Of a DNA stretch of 30,233 nt, positions 1 to 9,560 are shown piece after piece (position 1 is the stretch's first letter; the number at the start of each line of letters is the position of its first letter). The notes beneath the pieces are model-generated. The model did not search any database and had not been told where the DNA came from. It saw only the letters and a program-made list of their open reading frames with translations. The stretch lies in the NCBI GenBank assembly GCA_964426515.1, contig CAYRQO010000002.1:2873-33105 (forward strand). The letters are read 5' to 3'. Source of the stretch: an uncultured Candidatus Saccharibacteria bacterium. GTDB taxonomy: Bacteria; Patescibacteriota; Minisyncoccia; Phycocordibacterales; UBA9973. The translations under genes were made by a program, and so were the position numbers.

Positions 1-30
1 AGAGTTGGTATATTAAAGAAAAAAGAATAG
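1..30 (+). CDS. Possible 3' end of an upstream gene entering the window (RVGILKKKE*)
   Basis: Open frame from base 1 to TAG at 28-30, followed by an AT-rich intergenic region; too short to identify. Confidence 0.35.
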   Translation, partial: RVGILKKKE

Positions 31-109
31 GTACTTAGATGCCATAAAACCGTTTCTTGATGTTTCATTTAAAATTTAAAAAATTCCTCAAATATGATAA
101 TATAATATA

Positions 110-946
110 ATGACTACTATAATTGACGGCAAGAAGATAAGTTTGGAAATTCTTGAAGAAGTAAAAAAGGAAATAGCTCTTCTGCCTTTTCAACCAATTT
201 TCTGTGATATACTTATCGGCGACGATCCTGCCTCTGCTCAGTATGTACAAATGAAAGCCAAGAAAGCTGAATCTCTGGGGATTAAATTTCACAAAGTACA
301 CCTTCCTAAAACAATTGGCACAGAGAAAATAATCTCAGAAATAAAAAAATTAAATAATTTCGAAAACATGTGTGGACTGATTGTCCAACTTCCCCTTCCA
401 ATGAAATTTGATAAACAAATTATTCTCAACGCTGTTTCTCCCCTTATTGACGTTGATTGTCTAGGTATAGAAACTAGTAATTTATTTTATTCAAACAAAG
501 GATCGCTCTGTTTTCCCACAGCTTTAGCTTGCATAACAATTTTAGATTCAATAAAAATAGACTTATCAAAAAAGAAAATCGTTGTTATTGGTCAGGGAGA
601 TTTGGTTGGTAAACCAGTTACTCACCTACTTCGTTCTCGAGGTCTTACTGTTGAAACAATTAGAAGTAATACCGAGAATAAAGATAAAATGATTAAGGAA
701 GCAGATGTCATAATCTCTGGTGTCGGTAATGGTAAGTTTATTACAGGGGAAATGATAAAAGCAGGAGTTATAATTATTGATGCCGGAACATCTGAATCAA
801 ATGGCTCAATTGTCGGCGACGTAGACCTCGATTCAGTTCAAGATATAGCCTCATTTGTTTCTCCTGTACCAGGTGGTGTAGGCCCTGTAACAGTAGCCAT
901 TCTCCTCCAAAATGTCTTAACTGTAGCTAAGAATATAAAAAAATAA
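110..946 (+). CDS. folD: Bifunctional methylenetetrahydrofolate dehydrogenase/cyclohydrolase
   Basis: IIDGKKIS start, YVQMK (YxxxK), GLIVQLPLP, DVD, VVIGQGDLVGKP, PVPGGVGPVTVAIL. Confidence 0.96.
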   Translation: MTTIIDGKKISLEILEEVKKEIALLPFQPIFCDILIGDDPASAQYVQMKAKKAESLGIKFHKVHLPKTIGTEKIISEIKKLNNFENMCGLIVQLPLPMKFDKQIILNAVSPLIDVDCLGIETSNLFYSNKGSLCFPTALACITILDSIKIDLSKKKIVVIGQGDLVGKPVTHLLRSRGLTVETIRSNTENKDKMIKEADVIISGVGNGKFITGEMIKAGVIIIDAGTSESNGSIVGDVDLDSVQDIASFVSPVPGGVGPVTVAILLQNVLTVAKNIKK

Positions 947-947
947 A

Positions 948-2309
948 TTATTTCCCAGCAATAATACTTGCATAACCTATATAGGTAAGTGGGGTGAATT
1001 TTTTAAGTTCTTTTTTAATTTTTGGAGAGACTTTTAAATTATCAATAAAAATAGAAAAGTTATCCATAGTTATCTGTTTACCTCGAGTTAATTCTTTTAG
1101 AGCCTCATATGGAATGGGATAATTTTCTCGACGAAGAACAGTTTGAATGGCTTCAGCTATAATTTCTGGATGTGCAAGTAAATCTTCTTTTATTTTATTT
1201 TCATTTATTGTAATTTTGCTTAACCCTTTTTGAAGAGAAAGATAAGCAAGTAAAGAATGACCAAAAGCTGTCCCCATAGCTCTTTCGACTGTTGAATCAG
1301 AAAGATCCCTCTGAAGTCTAGAAATAGGTAGTTTACGAGCAAAGAACTCAAATAATGCATTCGCCAAACCCAAATTTCCTTCACTATTTTCAAAATCGAT
1401 TGGATTGATTTTGTGAGGCATAGTAGAAGATCCTACCTCTCCTTTTTTAGGTTTTTGAGTAATCCAATTATCAGAAATATATCTCCAAATATCTTGGTTA
1501 AAATCTAATAAAATAGTATTTATCATGCGAATGCGATCAAATAAAACTACATAACTGTCGTGGCATTCTATTTGTGTAGTAATTAAATTTGCTTCAATTT
1601 TAATCGAGCGACTTTTACTTAAATCAGCGATAAATTTTTGAGTAAAATCTTGCCAATCAACTTTTGGATAAGCTGCTAAATGCGCATTCCAATTACCAGA
1701 AGCTCCATTTAATTTTGCTTGAATTCTACCATTTCCAAGATGAGACATTTGATTTTCAAGTCGAGCAACAAATACTTTTATTTCTTTACCAAAAGTTGTT
1801 GGTGAAGCTGGTTGTCCGTGAGTTCGAGAAAGCATTGGTAAATCTTTATATTTTTGGGCTAAAATATTTAGTTCAGAAATAATTTTGTTAATTTCTGGAA
1901 TTATCACCATCTGAAGTGAATCAGAAAGTATAAGTGCGTATGATATGTTATTAGTATCTTCCGAAGTCAAAGCAAAATGCACCCATTCAATGCTATCTTT
2001 CAAAGATGTTTTACTAAGTTTTTCTTTAATAAAATACTCTACTGATTTTACATCATGGTTTGTCGTCGTTTCTAAATATTTTATTTTTTGGTATGAAGCA
2101 TCGTCAAATTTTTTATATAAATTCTCTAAAATTTTTATTTCATTTTGACTAAATTTTCTCAAACCTGTTTTTGAAGACAAAGAGAGAGAAATTAAATATC
2201 TCGCTTCCATCATCACTCTATATTTCATTAAAGCCTGTTCGGAAAAATACGGGGCCAAAGCTCTCGTTCGTTCATAATATCTTCCATCTAGAGGATTTAT
2301 TGCTTGCAT
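948..2309 (-). CDS. purB: Adenylosuccinate lyase (E. coli/Bacteroidetes-like type)
   Basis: INPLDGRY, TTNHDVKSVEY, HFALTSEDTNN, SRTHGQPASPTT, signature GSSTMPHKINPIDFENSEGN, SRLQRDLSDST. Confidence 0.97.
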   Translation of the reverse strand: MQAINPLDGRYYERTRALAPYFSEQALMKYRVMMEARYLISLSLSSKTGLRKFSQNEIKILENLYKKFDDASYQKIKYLETTTNHDVKSVEYFIKEKLSKTSLKDSIEWVHFALTSEDTNNISYALILSDSLQMVIIPEINKIISELNILAQKYKDLPMLSRTHGQPASPTTFGKEIKVFVARLENQMSHLGNGRIQAKLNGASGNWNAHLAAYPKVDWQDFTQKFIADLSKSRSIKIEANLITTQIECHDSYVVLFDRIRMINTILLDFNQDIWRYISDNWITQKPKKGEVGSSTMPHKINPIDFENSEGNLGLANALFEFFARKLPISRLQRDLSDSTVERAMGTAFGHSLLAYLSLQKGLSKITINENKIKEDLLAHPEIIAEAIQTVLRRENYPIPYEALKELTRGKQITMDNFSIFIDNLKVSPKIKKELKKFTPLTYIGYASIIAGK

Positions 2310-3268
2310 TATATTTTTTCTAAATTTTTAGTAATTCTTTCCATAATGGGAACATTAAAATCATGTTCAAAAAATTTACCTGTGATCGTCTCATATATTT
2401 CAATATATCGACGAGATAGCTCTGCTACCAGTTCTACAGGTGCATCTGGAATAACTGCGTCTTTGTACGGATCACAATTATCTTTAAACCATAATCGAAG
2501 AAATTCTTTATCAAAATATTCTGGTTCTTCTCCTTTATTAAAACGTTCATCATATGTATTTGATTTCCAATATCTAGAGGAATCGGGGGTATGTATTTCG
2601 TCTATAAGTGTTAACTTTTTATTTTCATCTAATCCAAATTCGTATTTAGTATCAACAAGAATTAAACCATGCGCTTGGGCGACCTCTTGTCCCCTTTTAA
2701 ATAAGGCAATAGCAATTTTTTCTACTTCATCGGCCAACTCTTTTGAAAGGTAGCCCTCAGATACTATCTCAGCTGGAGTTATAGGTCGATCATGCTCATC
2801 TGACTTCGTAGTTGGAGTAAAGACTGGTTCACTTAATCTTTGATTTTTCTTCATACCTTCAGGTAAGATAAAGTTACCAAAGTCTCGCTTTCCATCTTTA
2901 TAATGAGTCCAAAGTGAAGTCCCTGTCACCCCCGTTATATATCCACGTACAACGCACTCTATGGGAAGAGGTTCACATTTCTTTGCAACCAATACATTAG
3001 GGTCAGGAATACTTATTACATGATTTTGAATAATATCTTTTGTGTTTTCAAACCAGAAAGCACTTATCTGATTTAGTACCTCTCCTTTTAATGGTACATG
3101 GGCAATAACGCGATCAAAAGATGAATGGCGATCTGTTGATACTAAAACAATTTTATCTTCCATTGTATACACATCTCGAACTTTACCTATCTTTCTCTCT
3201 CCTATATTTTTAAAATCTGTCCCTTTCAACACATCATTTACATGTTCTTTTATTGTTTCTATATTCAT
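2309..3268 (-). CDS. purC: SAICAR synthetase (long, ~320 aa type)
   Basis: GKVRDVY, STDRHSSFD, VVRGYITG, FTPTTK, LVDTKYEFG, DEIHTPDSSRYW, DKEFLR. Confidence 0.96.
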   Translation of the reverse strand: MNIETIKEHVNDVLKGTDFKNIGERKIGKVRDVYTMEDKIVLVSTDRHSSFDRVIAHVPLKGEVLNQISAFWFENTKDIIQNHVISIPDPNVLVAKKCEPLPIECVVRGYITGVTGTSLWTHYKDGKRDFGNFILPEGMKKNQRLSEPVFTPTTKSDEHDRPITPAEIVSEGYLSKELADEVEKIAIALFKRGQEVAQAHGLILVDTKYEFGLDENKKLTLIDEIHTPDSSRYWKSNTYDERFNKGEEPEYFDKEFLRLWFKDNCDPYKDAVIPDAPVELVAELSRRYIEIYETITGKFFEHDFNVPIMERITKNLEKI

Positions 3269-3274
3269 AAAATA

Positions 3275-4315
3275 TTATTTAAAAACGACTTTTTTATTAC
3301 CATTAATAATTTTACCAAGTTCAAACATTTTATAATCTGAATATTTTTTTAAAACCTCTTTTATTTTTTCTTTTTCTTCCCTGGGTATTATAAGCATCAA
3401 GCCGATCCCCATGTTGAAGGCTCGATACATTTCTTCATCTTCAATTTTACCAATTTTTTGCATAAGAGAAAATATTGGCAAAATAGGCCATGAATTAAGG
3501 ACTATTTCGGCGTCTAAATTTTTTGGCAATATGCGTGGAATATTTTCAATAAATCCTCCACCTGTAATATGTGCAATACCATGAATGTTAATATCAACAT
3601 CTAGCATTTCTAAAACGGGCTTCGAATAATTCACATGAACCTTTAGAAGTGCTTCACCCACAGTCTCACCAAGCTCTTCTACTTTCGTGTCTACTTTATA
3701 TTCTCCAATTTCAAATAAAACTTTCCTCGCAAGAGAAAAGCCATTCGTATGCAAACCACTAGAAGCAAAGCCTAAAATAATATCTCCTTCTTTTATCTTT
3801 TCTCCTGTCACAATTTTATCTTTCTCGACGACACCTGTAATACACCCAGCGATATCGTGCTCACCATCTTTATATGTTCCCGGCATTTCGGCCGTCTCTC
3901 CTCCAATAAGTGAGACTCCATTTTCCCTGCAAGCTTTGGACATACCTGAAACCATCGCCTCCATAACATTGGGGTCTAATTTATCGTGAGCAACATAATC
4001 AAGGAAAGTATAAGCCCGTGCTCCCATGGCCAGTAAATCATCACAGCAATGATTCACGATATCTTCGCCAACTGAATCGTATTTATTCATCATCCGAGCA
4101 ACCGAGAGTTTGGTACCTACTCCATCAATACTCTGAACAAGCACAGGGTGTTTATAACTTTTTAAAATTTCACCAATATCATAAAGCCCTCCAAAACTTC
4201 CAATACCAGTGAGTACAGCCTTCGTATGGGTGCTTGCGACGTCATCTTTAATCCGACGAACAGTCTCATTCCCTGCATCAATATTCACTCCCGCATCTTT
4301 GTATAAATCTGCCAT
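3275..4315 (-). CDS. purM: Phosphoribosylformylglycinamidine cyclo-ligase (AIR synthetase)
   Basis: YKDAGVNI, IGSFGGL, DGVGTK, IGGETAEMPG, SSGLHTNGFSL, AHITGGG, FNMGIG. Confidence 0.97.
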   Translation of the reverse strand: MADLYKDAGVNIDAGNETVRRIKDDVASTHTKAVLTGIGSFGGLYDIGEILKSYKHPVLVQSIDGVGTKLSVARMMNKYDSVGEDIVNHCCDDLLAMGARAYTFLDYVAHDKLDPNVMEAMVSGMSKACRENGVSLIGGETAEMPGTYKDGEHDIAGCITGVVEKDKIVTGEKIKEGDIILGFASSGLHTNGFSLARKVLFEIGEYKVDTKVEELGETVGEALLKVHVNYSKPVLEMLDVDINIHGIAHITGGGFIENIPRILPKNLDAEIVLNSWPILPIFSLMQKIGKIEDEEMYRAFNMGIGLMLIIPREEKEKIKEVLKKYSDYKMFELGKIINGNKKVVFK

Positions 4316-4318
4316 AAA

Positions 4319-4837
4319 TTATTTATTTAAATATTTTTGATATCCAATCTCTTGTAATTTCTCACCTTTGGCTTTATTATCAGCTTCCATTTTTATTTTA
4401 TAAGCTATCATTTTATCTTCTAAATCTTTGTCGGACATCGCTAGCATTTGCACAGCAAGTAATCCTGCATTCTTAGCAGCATTAATACCGACTACTGCGA
4501 CAGGTACTCCAGGGGGCATATTCACAGCAGAAAGAAGTGAATCCAGACCTTCTAGTGCTTTGGCTTTAATGGGGATAGCAATAACTGGTAAGGGACTTAA
4601 AGCAGCCAAAACACCCGCTAAATGAAATGATCCACCTGCACCTGCTATCAAAATCTTATTGCCACGAAGAGAAGCTTCAACTGCATATTTATGTACCAAG
4701 TTTGGTGCTCTGTGAGCAGAAGCTACCGTCATCTCATAAGTTACTTCAAATTCCTCAAAAATCTTTGCAGCTTCGGACATTACTTCTAAGTCTGAATCTG
4801 AACCCATAATTATTCCTACTTTTATATTATTTGCCAT
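4319..4837 (-). CDS. purE: PurE (N5-CAIR mutase / AIR carboxylase family)
   Basis: IIMGSDSD, SAHRAP, IAGAGG-x-x-HLAG, PVIAIP, GLDSLLS, MPPGVPVA, NAGLLA. Confidence 0.96.
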   Translation of the reverse strand: MANNIKVGIIMGSDSDLEVMSEAAKIFEEFEVTYEMTVASAHRAPNLVHKYAVEASLRGNKILIAGAGGSFHLAGVLAALSPLPVIAIPIKAKALEGLDSLLSAVNMPPGVPVAVVGINAAKNAGLLAVQMLAMSDKDLEDKMIAYKIKMEADNKAKGEKLQEIGYQKYLNK

Positions 4838-4852
4838 AAATTTATTTTACCA
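4838..4852 (-). promoter_or_regulatory. Extended -10 promoter (TG-G-TAAAAT) 6 nt before the purE ATG; probable leaderless start
   Basis: Minus strand reads TGGTAAAATAAATTT-ATG; no Shine-Dalgarno sequence. Confidence 0.55.
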
Positions 4853-4872
4853 TTATTTAATAAAAATATAAA

Positions 4873-6360
4873 TTAATGCTTAAAATGTCGAAAGCCAGTT
4901 GTCACCATAGCCATGCCATATTTATCAGCTACATCGATAGAGGCTTGATCATTTTTTGATCCACCCGGATGAATTACAGCAGAGATACCAACACTTGCGG
5001 CTAATTCAACGCAATCAGGGAATGGGAAAAATGCTTCAGATGAAAGCACTGAACCTTTAAGTGAAAAGCCAAATTTTTCTGCTTTATCAATAGCTTGTTT
5101 CAGCGCATCAATACGTGAAGTTTGCCCACAACCCATAGAGATAAGTGTACCGTCTTTTACTAGAGAAACAGAATTAGATTTCAAATGTTTCGTGGCGATT
5201 GAAGCCATGAGTAAATCTTTCTCTTCTTGACTGGTTGCTTTACGTTTTGAAACTGTTGTAAGATTCTTTATCTTTTCTACTTGATTATCTCTATCTTGAG
5301 CAAGTATTCCTGTGAAGCAAGTCCTCATTTGCTTTATTAGTAAATTAGGATTTTTCCATTTCAAAATACGAATATTCTTTTTCTCTGTTAATATATCAAG
5401 CGCCCCTTTTGTAAAATCCGGAGCAATTATAACCTCTACAAAAAGTTCTTGCTCTTTTATCAAACCTGCAATGTCTTTCCCTATTTCCCTGTTTGAAGCA
5501 AGTATTCCCCCGAAAGCTGAAAGAGGATCTGCGTAGTAAGCAGCCTTGTAAGCTTCTAGGAGTTGCCCTTCTTTACGTACAGCAAGTCCACAAGCATTCA
5601 TATGCTTAATAATAGCGAAAGCGGGATCTGTAAAATCATAGACTGTCTCTATCGCAGCTTCTGTATCAATAAGATTATTGTATGAAAGTTCTTTTCCATG
5701 AAGCTGAATAAAACTCTCATCTAAATTGCCTATAAACTCCCCTTTCTGATGTGGGTTCTCTCCATATCGAAGGGGTGACCCTTGGAAATATCCGCAGATG
5801 GCCATATCATAAGAATTAGTAATATTAAATGCATCACCAGCAAATTTCTTACGTTCCTCGATTGTAGTTTCATTTCCCTTGCTCAATATCTCAATAAGAT
5901 TTATATATTGATGCTTAGAAGGAATAACAACAACATCATTGAAATTCTTAGCAGCAGCACGAATAAGAGCTATGCCTCCGATATCAATTTTCTCTATTAT
6001 CTCGGCCTCACTGGCACCACTTGCGAGAGTTTCTTCAAATGGATAGAGATCAACTATAACTAAGTCTATATCTTCGATATTATTTTCTTTTTTTTCTTTC
6101 TGATCATTAACATTATCTCGGCGGTTTAGAATACCACCGAAAATGTGAGGCTCGAGAGTCTTCACCCTACCATCGAAAACTGCTGGGAAATTAGTAATGG
6201 TTTCTACTTCAGTTACAAGAATCCCTAACTTCTTTATGAAGTCTGCTGTCCCTCCTGTTGAAATAATTTTTACGTCATGTTTGAAGAGAAGTTTAACAAT
6301 ATCTTCTAAACCGTCTTTATTGAAAACAGAAACTAGTGCTGTTTTTATTTTTTTATTCAT
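4873..6360 (-). CDS. purH: Bifunctional AICAR transformylase / IMP cyclohydrolase
   Basis: ALVSVFNKDG, STGGT, GRVKTL, IDIGGIALIRAAAKN, LRYGENPHQ, LSYNN, AFGG, GQTSRIDA, SEAFFPF, RHFKH terminus. Confidence 0.97.
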   Translation of the reverse strand: MNKKIKTALVSVFNKDGLEDIVKLLFKHDVKIISTGGTADFIKKLGILVTEVETITNFPAVFDGRVKTLEPHIFGGILNRRDNVNDQKEKKENNIEDIDLVIVDLYPFEETLASGASEAEIIEKIDIGGIALIRAAAKNFNDVVVIPSKHQYINLIEILSKGNETTIEERKKFAGDAFNITNSYDMAICGYFQGSPLRYGENPHQKGEFIGNLDESFIQLHGKELSYNNLIDTEAAIETVYDFTDPAFAIIKHMNACGLAVRKEGQLLEAYKAAYYADPLSAFGGILASNREIGKDIAGLIKEQELFVEVIIAPDFTKGALDILTEKKNIRILKWKNPNLLIKQMRTCFTGILAQDRDNQVEKIKNLTTVSKRKATSQEEKDLLMASIATKHLKSNSVSLVKDGTLISMGCGQTSRIDALKQAIDKAEKFGFSLKGSVLSSEAFFPFPDCVELAASVGISAVIHPGGSKNDQASIDVADKYGMAMVTTGFRHFKH

Positions 6361-6415
6361 ATGATATTAATTAAAGTGGAACAAAATATTTAATAAAAAA
6401 TTATTAATAATATAA

Positions 6416-7963
6416 TTACTCAAACTCCGTTGTTGCTGGAGGTTTAGGCGTAACATCGAAAAAGACCCGAACTATATCTTTGTGTTTAGTTAAAGCATTA
6501 GTAATTTCATTCACAATCTCCTCGGAGAAATAGTAGCCCTTTACAGTCATAAAATCGACAGTCTGAACCGCACGAACAACGAGAGAATGTCCGTATACTC
6601 GCTCGTCGCCTTTCACTCCGACAGAATTGACTCCAAGCAATGCAACTATGAGCTGAGAAATATTTTTGGCAATATCGTATTTTTTGATTATATCACTCAC
6701 CGTCTTGTCGGCTTGGCGGACTAGTTCAATCTTTTCTTTTGTTACTTCTGTTCCAACAATTCTCAAATATAATCCAGGGCCAGGAAATGGATTTCTCTCA
6801 TGAATAGCCGAAGGTAAATTCAAAGCTCGAGCAAGTTCACGAACTTCATACTTGAATAAATTCTTGAAAGGATGCAAGTCTTCTACTTCCCAAGCGAGCC
6901 CCACATTGTGATGTGTCTTGATCATAACCGACTGGCCTGCCTTACCGCTCTCTATAATATCTGTCGCAAGAGTCCCCTGCACTATAAAGCCTGCATTATA
7001 CTTAGTAATTTGTTCTTCAAATATTCTTTTATAAACATTGCGAAACTGTGTTCTCTTCTCCTCTCCATCTATAGTAGTACCAACATTTTTTATAAATTCT
7101 GTACTTGCTTCAATTACTATCAAATTCTTCACTCCGGCACTTTCGGCATTTATTTTCAATTCATCAAGCTCACCTTCTCGAAGTCCTCCAGTGTCGATAG
7201 CTACACATATAAGTCTTTCGTTCAAGACTGGAGCAAGAAGACAGGCTAAAGTAGTAGAATCTACTCCACCTGAAACACCAAGAACAACGTTGTGTTTCGT
7301 TTTACTATCTTTCAATTTCTCATTTATATCATCGAGAGTTTCCTTTTGTATTTGTTTTATTAAGTCAACAGGATCCCAATCTTTTACACATTCTGCCATA
7401 TTTAAAAAGTTATGAAGAATCTTTTTACCTTCTTTGGTATCGACGACTTCAGGATGAAATTGAATTCCCATTACGTGATTCATTTTATCTGTCATAGCGG
7501 CGATTCCTCCTGATGTAGCGATAGAAGTAAAACCGTTCGGAAGTGTTGATACAGTATCGCCGTGACTTGCCCAGATTTGGGTTTTACTGGGGACGCCACT
7601 AAAAAGTGGATGAGAAATATCTAGAGTAACTTCCGCTGGACCATACTCACGGTGTGATAAGGGTCGATCAACTATACCGCCTTTTTTATGTGAGAGGAGT
7701 TGCATTCCATAGCAAATACCTAGTATTAAATATTTTGAACCAGTTGTATCGAGAGATTTTGGAAAATCTGGAGCTCCATCATTGTGGACACTGAAATTTC
7801 CTCCTGAAAGTATAACTGCCTTTGGAGTGTTTCCTTCTAGCCATTTATCAACAGACTTTGGTGGAAGTATAATACTTCTAACTCCAAGCTCACGAAGAGT
7901 CCTACCTATCACAAGTGTATATTGTGACCCATAATCCACGATAAGGATTTGCATAGAATTCAT
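6416..7963 (-). CDS. guaA: GMP synthase (glutamine-hydrolysing)
   Basis: DYGSQYT, GICYGMQL, WASHGD, QFHPEV, SGGVDS, IKTHHNVG, LFKYEVR, PFPGPGL, GVKGDER, KPPATTEFE; alternative start at 7954. Confidence 0.96.
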   Translation of the reverse strand: MNSMQILIVDYGSQYTLVIGRTLRELGVRSIILPPKSVDKWLEGNTPKAVILSGGNFSVHNDGAPDFPKSLDTTGSKYLILGICYGMQLLSHKKGGIVDRPLSHREYGPAEVTLDISHPLFSGVPSKTQIWASHGDTVSTLPNGFTSIATSGGIAAMTDKMNHVMGIQFHPEVVDTKEGKKILHNFLNMAECVKDWDPVDLIKQIQKETLDDINEKLKDSKTKHNVVLGVSGGVDSTTLACLLAPVLNERLICVAIDTGGLREGELDELKINAESAGVKNLIVIEASTEFIKNVGTTIDGEEKRTQFRNVYKRIFEEQITKYNAGFIVQGTLATDIIESGKAGQSVMIKTHHNVGLAWEVEDLHPFKNLFKYEVRELARALNLPSAIHERNPFPGPGLYLRIVGTEVTKEKIELVRQADKTVSDIIKKYDIAKNISQLIVALLGVNSVGVKGDERVYGHSLVVRAVQTVDFMTVKGYYFSEEIVNEITNALTKHKDIVRVFFDVTPKPPATTEFE

Positions 7964-8050
7964 AAACCCATAATATATTAAAATCGAAAATAAGAAAAGG
8001 TTAGGGCGATTTACTTACAGTTTATTTATATGTTAATATGTGAATATATT

Positions 8051-9529
8051 ATGACTATAAAAAATAAAGAAAATTTTAGTGAGGGGCTAACTTATGATGA
8101 TGTATTGCTTGTGCCATTGTATTCGGAAGTATTACCAAGAGATGTAAATATTACTTCCTATTTGACTCGCAATATCAAGCTCAATGTACCTATTATTTCT
8201 GCTGCTATGGATACTGTCACAGAGAGCACTATGGCTATAGCCATGGCGGAAGTCGGAGGTATAGGTATTCTTCATAAAAACATGAGTATAGAAAACCAAG
8301 CCAAGGAAGTCCGTAAAGTAAAGCGTTCGGAGAGTGGTATGATAAGTGATCCTATCACCCTTACAGAAAAAGTTGCAATAAAAGAAGCACTTGAAATCAT
8401 GAAGAAAAATAAAATTGGTGGTATTCCTATTGTTGGTAAAGATATGGAACTGAAAGGCATTCTTACAAATCGTGATGTCAGATTCCAGAAAAATCTAGAT
8501 CTTCCTGTAGAAGATATAATGACAAAAACAAATCTCATAACTGCTAGTGTAGGCACAAATTTAAAAGAAGCCGAGACAATACTTACTAAACACAAAGTTG
8601 AAAAGTTGCCTCTTGTAGACAAAGAAGGCAAGCTCGTTGGTCTTATAACTTACAAAGATATTATGAAAGTCAAATCTCGTCCGAATTCCTGTCGAGATAG
8701 CTTTGGCAGACTTCGTGTCGGTGCTGCTGTAGGAGTGACTGCTGATACACTTGAGAGAGTTACAGCTCTTGAAGAAAATGGTGTCGATGTCATCGTCCTC
8801 GACACTGCTCACGGTCACTCCAAAGGAGTAATAGATATGGTTAAGAAAATTAAAAAATCTTTTCCTAAACTACAAATTATTGCAGGCAATATTGCTACAG
8901 GAGAGGCAGCTCGAGACCTAGTCAAAGCAGGAGCCGATGGAATCAAAGTGGGTATAGGTCCTGGGTCTATATGTACCACTCGAGTAATTGCAGGTGTAGG
9001 ATACCCACAATTCTCAGCAGTATATGAAGTTGCAAAAGCTATTAAAGGGACTGGAGTACCTGTCATTGCTGATGGCGGAATACATTCTACTGGGGATATA
9101 CCTAAAGCTATCGCAGCTGGGGCAAGTTCTATTATGGCTGGATCATTCTTCGCAGGAGTAGAAGAATCCCCTAGTGAAACTATTATATTGGAAGGTAGAA
9201 AATTCAAAACTTATCGTGGTATGGGTTCTATAGAAGCCATGGAACAAGGTTCTAAAGATCGGTATTTTCAAGATGCTGAAGATGATATAAAGAAACTTGT
9301 ACCAGAAGGTATTGTTGGAAGAGTTCCTTTCAAAGGTACCCTCTCTGAAGTTATATACCAGCTAGTTGGTGGTCTTCGTGCTGGTATGGGTTACTGCGGT
9401 GCGAAAAATATTAAGACTCTCCAAGCAAAAGCAAAATTTGTAAGAATCACAACATTTGGAATAAAAGAAAGCCATCCTCATGATGTTTTAATTACTAAAG
9501 AGGCCCCAAATTATAATTTAGGAAATTAA
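8051..9529 (+). CDS. guaB: IMP dehydrogenase with CBS pair
   Basis: [29 protein letters not shown] (catalytic Cys), IADGG, YRGMGS, VPEG, ESHPHD; start set at ATG 8051 rather than the track's 8030. Confidence 0.97.
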   Translation: MTIKNKENFSEGLTYDDVLLVPLYSEVLPRDVNITSYLTRNIKLNVPIISAAMDTVTESTMAIAMAEVGGIGILHKNMSIENQAKEVRKVKRSESGMISDPITLTEKVAIKEALEIMKKNKIGGIPIVGKDMELKGILTNRDVRFQKNLDLPVEDIMTKTNLITASVGTNLKEAETILTKHKVEKLPLVDKEGKLVGLITYKDIMKVKSRPNSCRDSFGRLRVGAAVGVTADTLERVTALEENGVDVIVLDTAHGHSKGVIDMVKKIKKSFPKLQIIAGNIATGEAARDLVKAGADGIKVGIGPGSICTTRVIAGVGYPQFSAVYEVAKAIKGTGVPVIADGGIHSTGDIPKAIAAGASSIMAGSFFAGVEESPSETIILEGRKFKTYRGMGSIEAMEQGSKDRYFQDAEDDIKKLVPEGIVGRVPFKGTLSEVIYQLVGGLRAGMGYCGAKNIKTLQAKAKFVRITTFGIKESHPHDVLITKEAPNYNLGN

Positions 9530-9536
9530 CAATAAC

Positions 9537-9553
9537 TACAGGTCTTGCCTGTA
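9537..9553. repeat. Palindrome copy 1, AGG-N5-CCT family (TACAGG-TCTTG-CCTGTA)
   Basis: Perfect 6-bp stem with 5-nt loop in the 31-nt guaB-purA gap. Confidence 0.6.
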
Positions 9554-9560
9554 AAAATAT

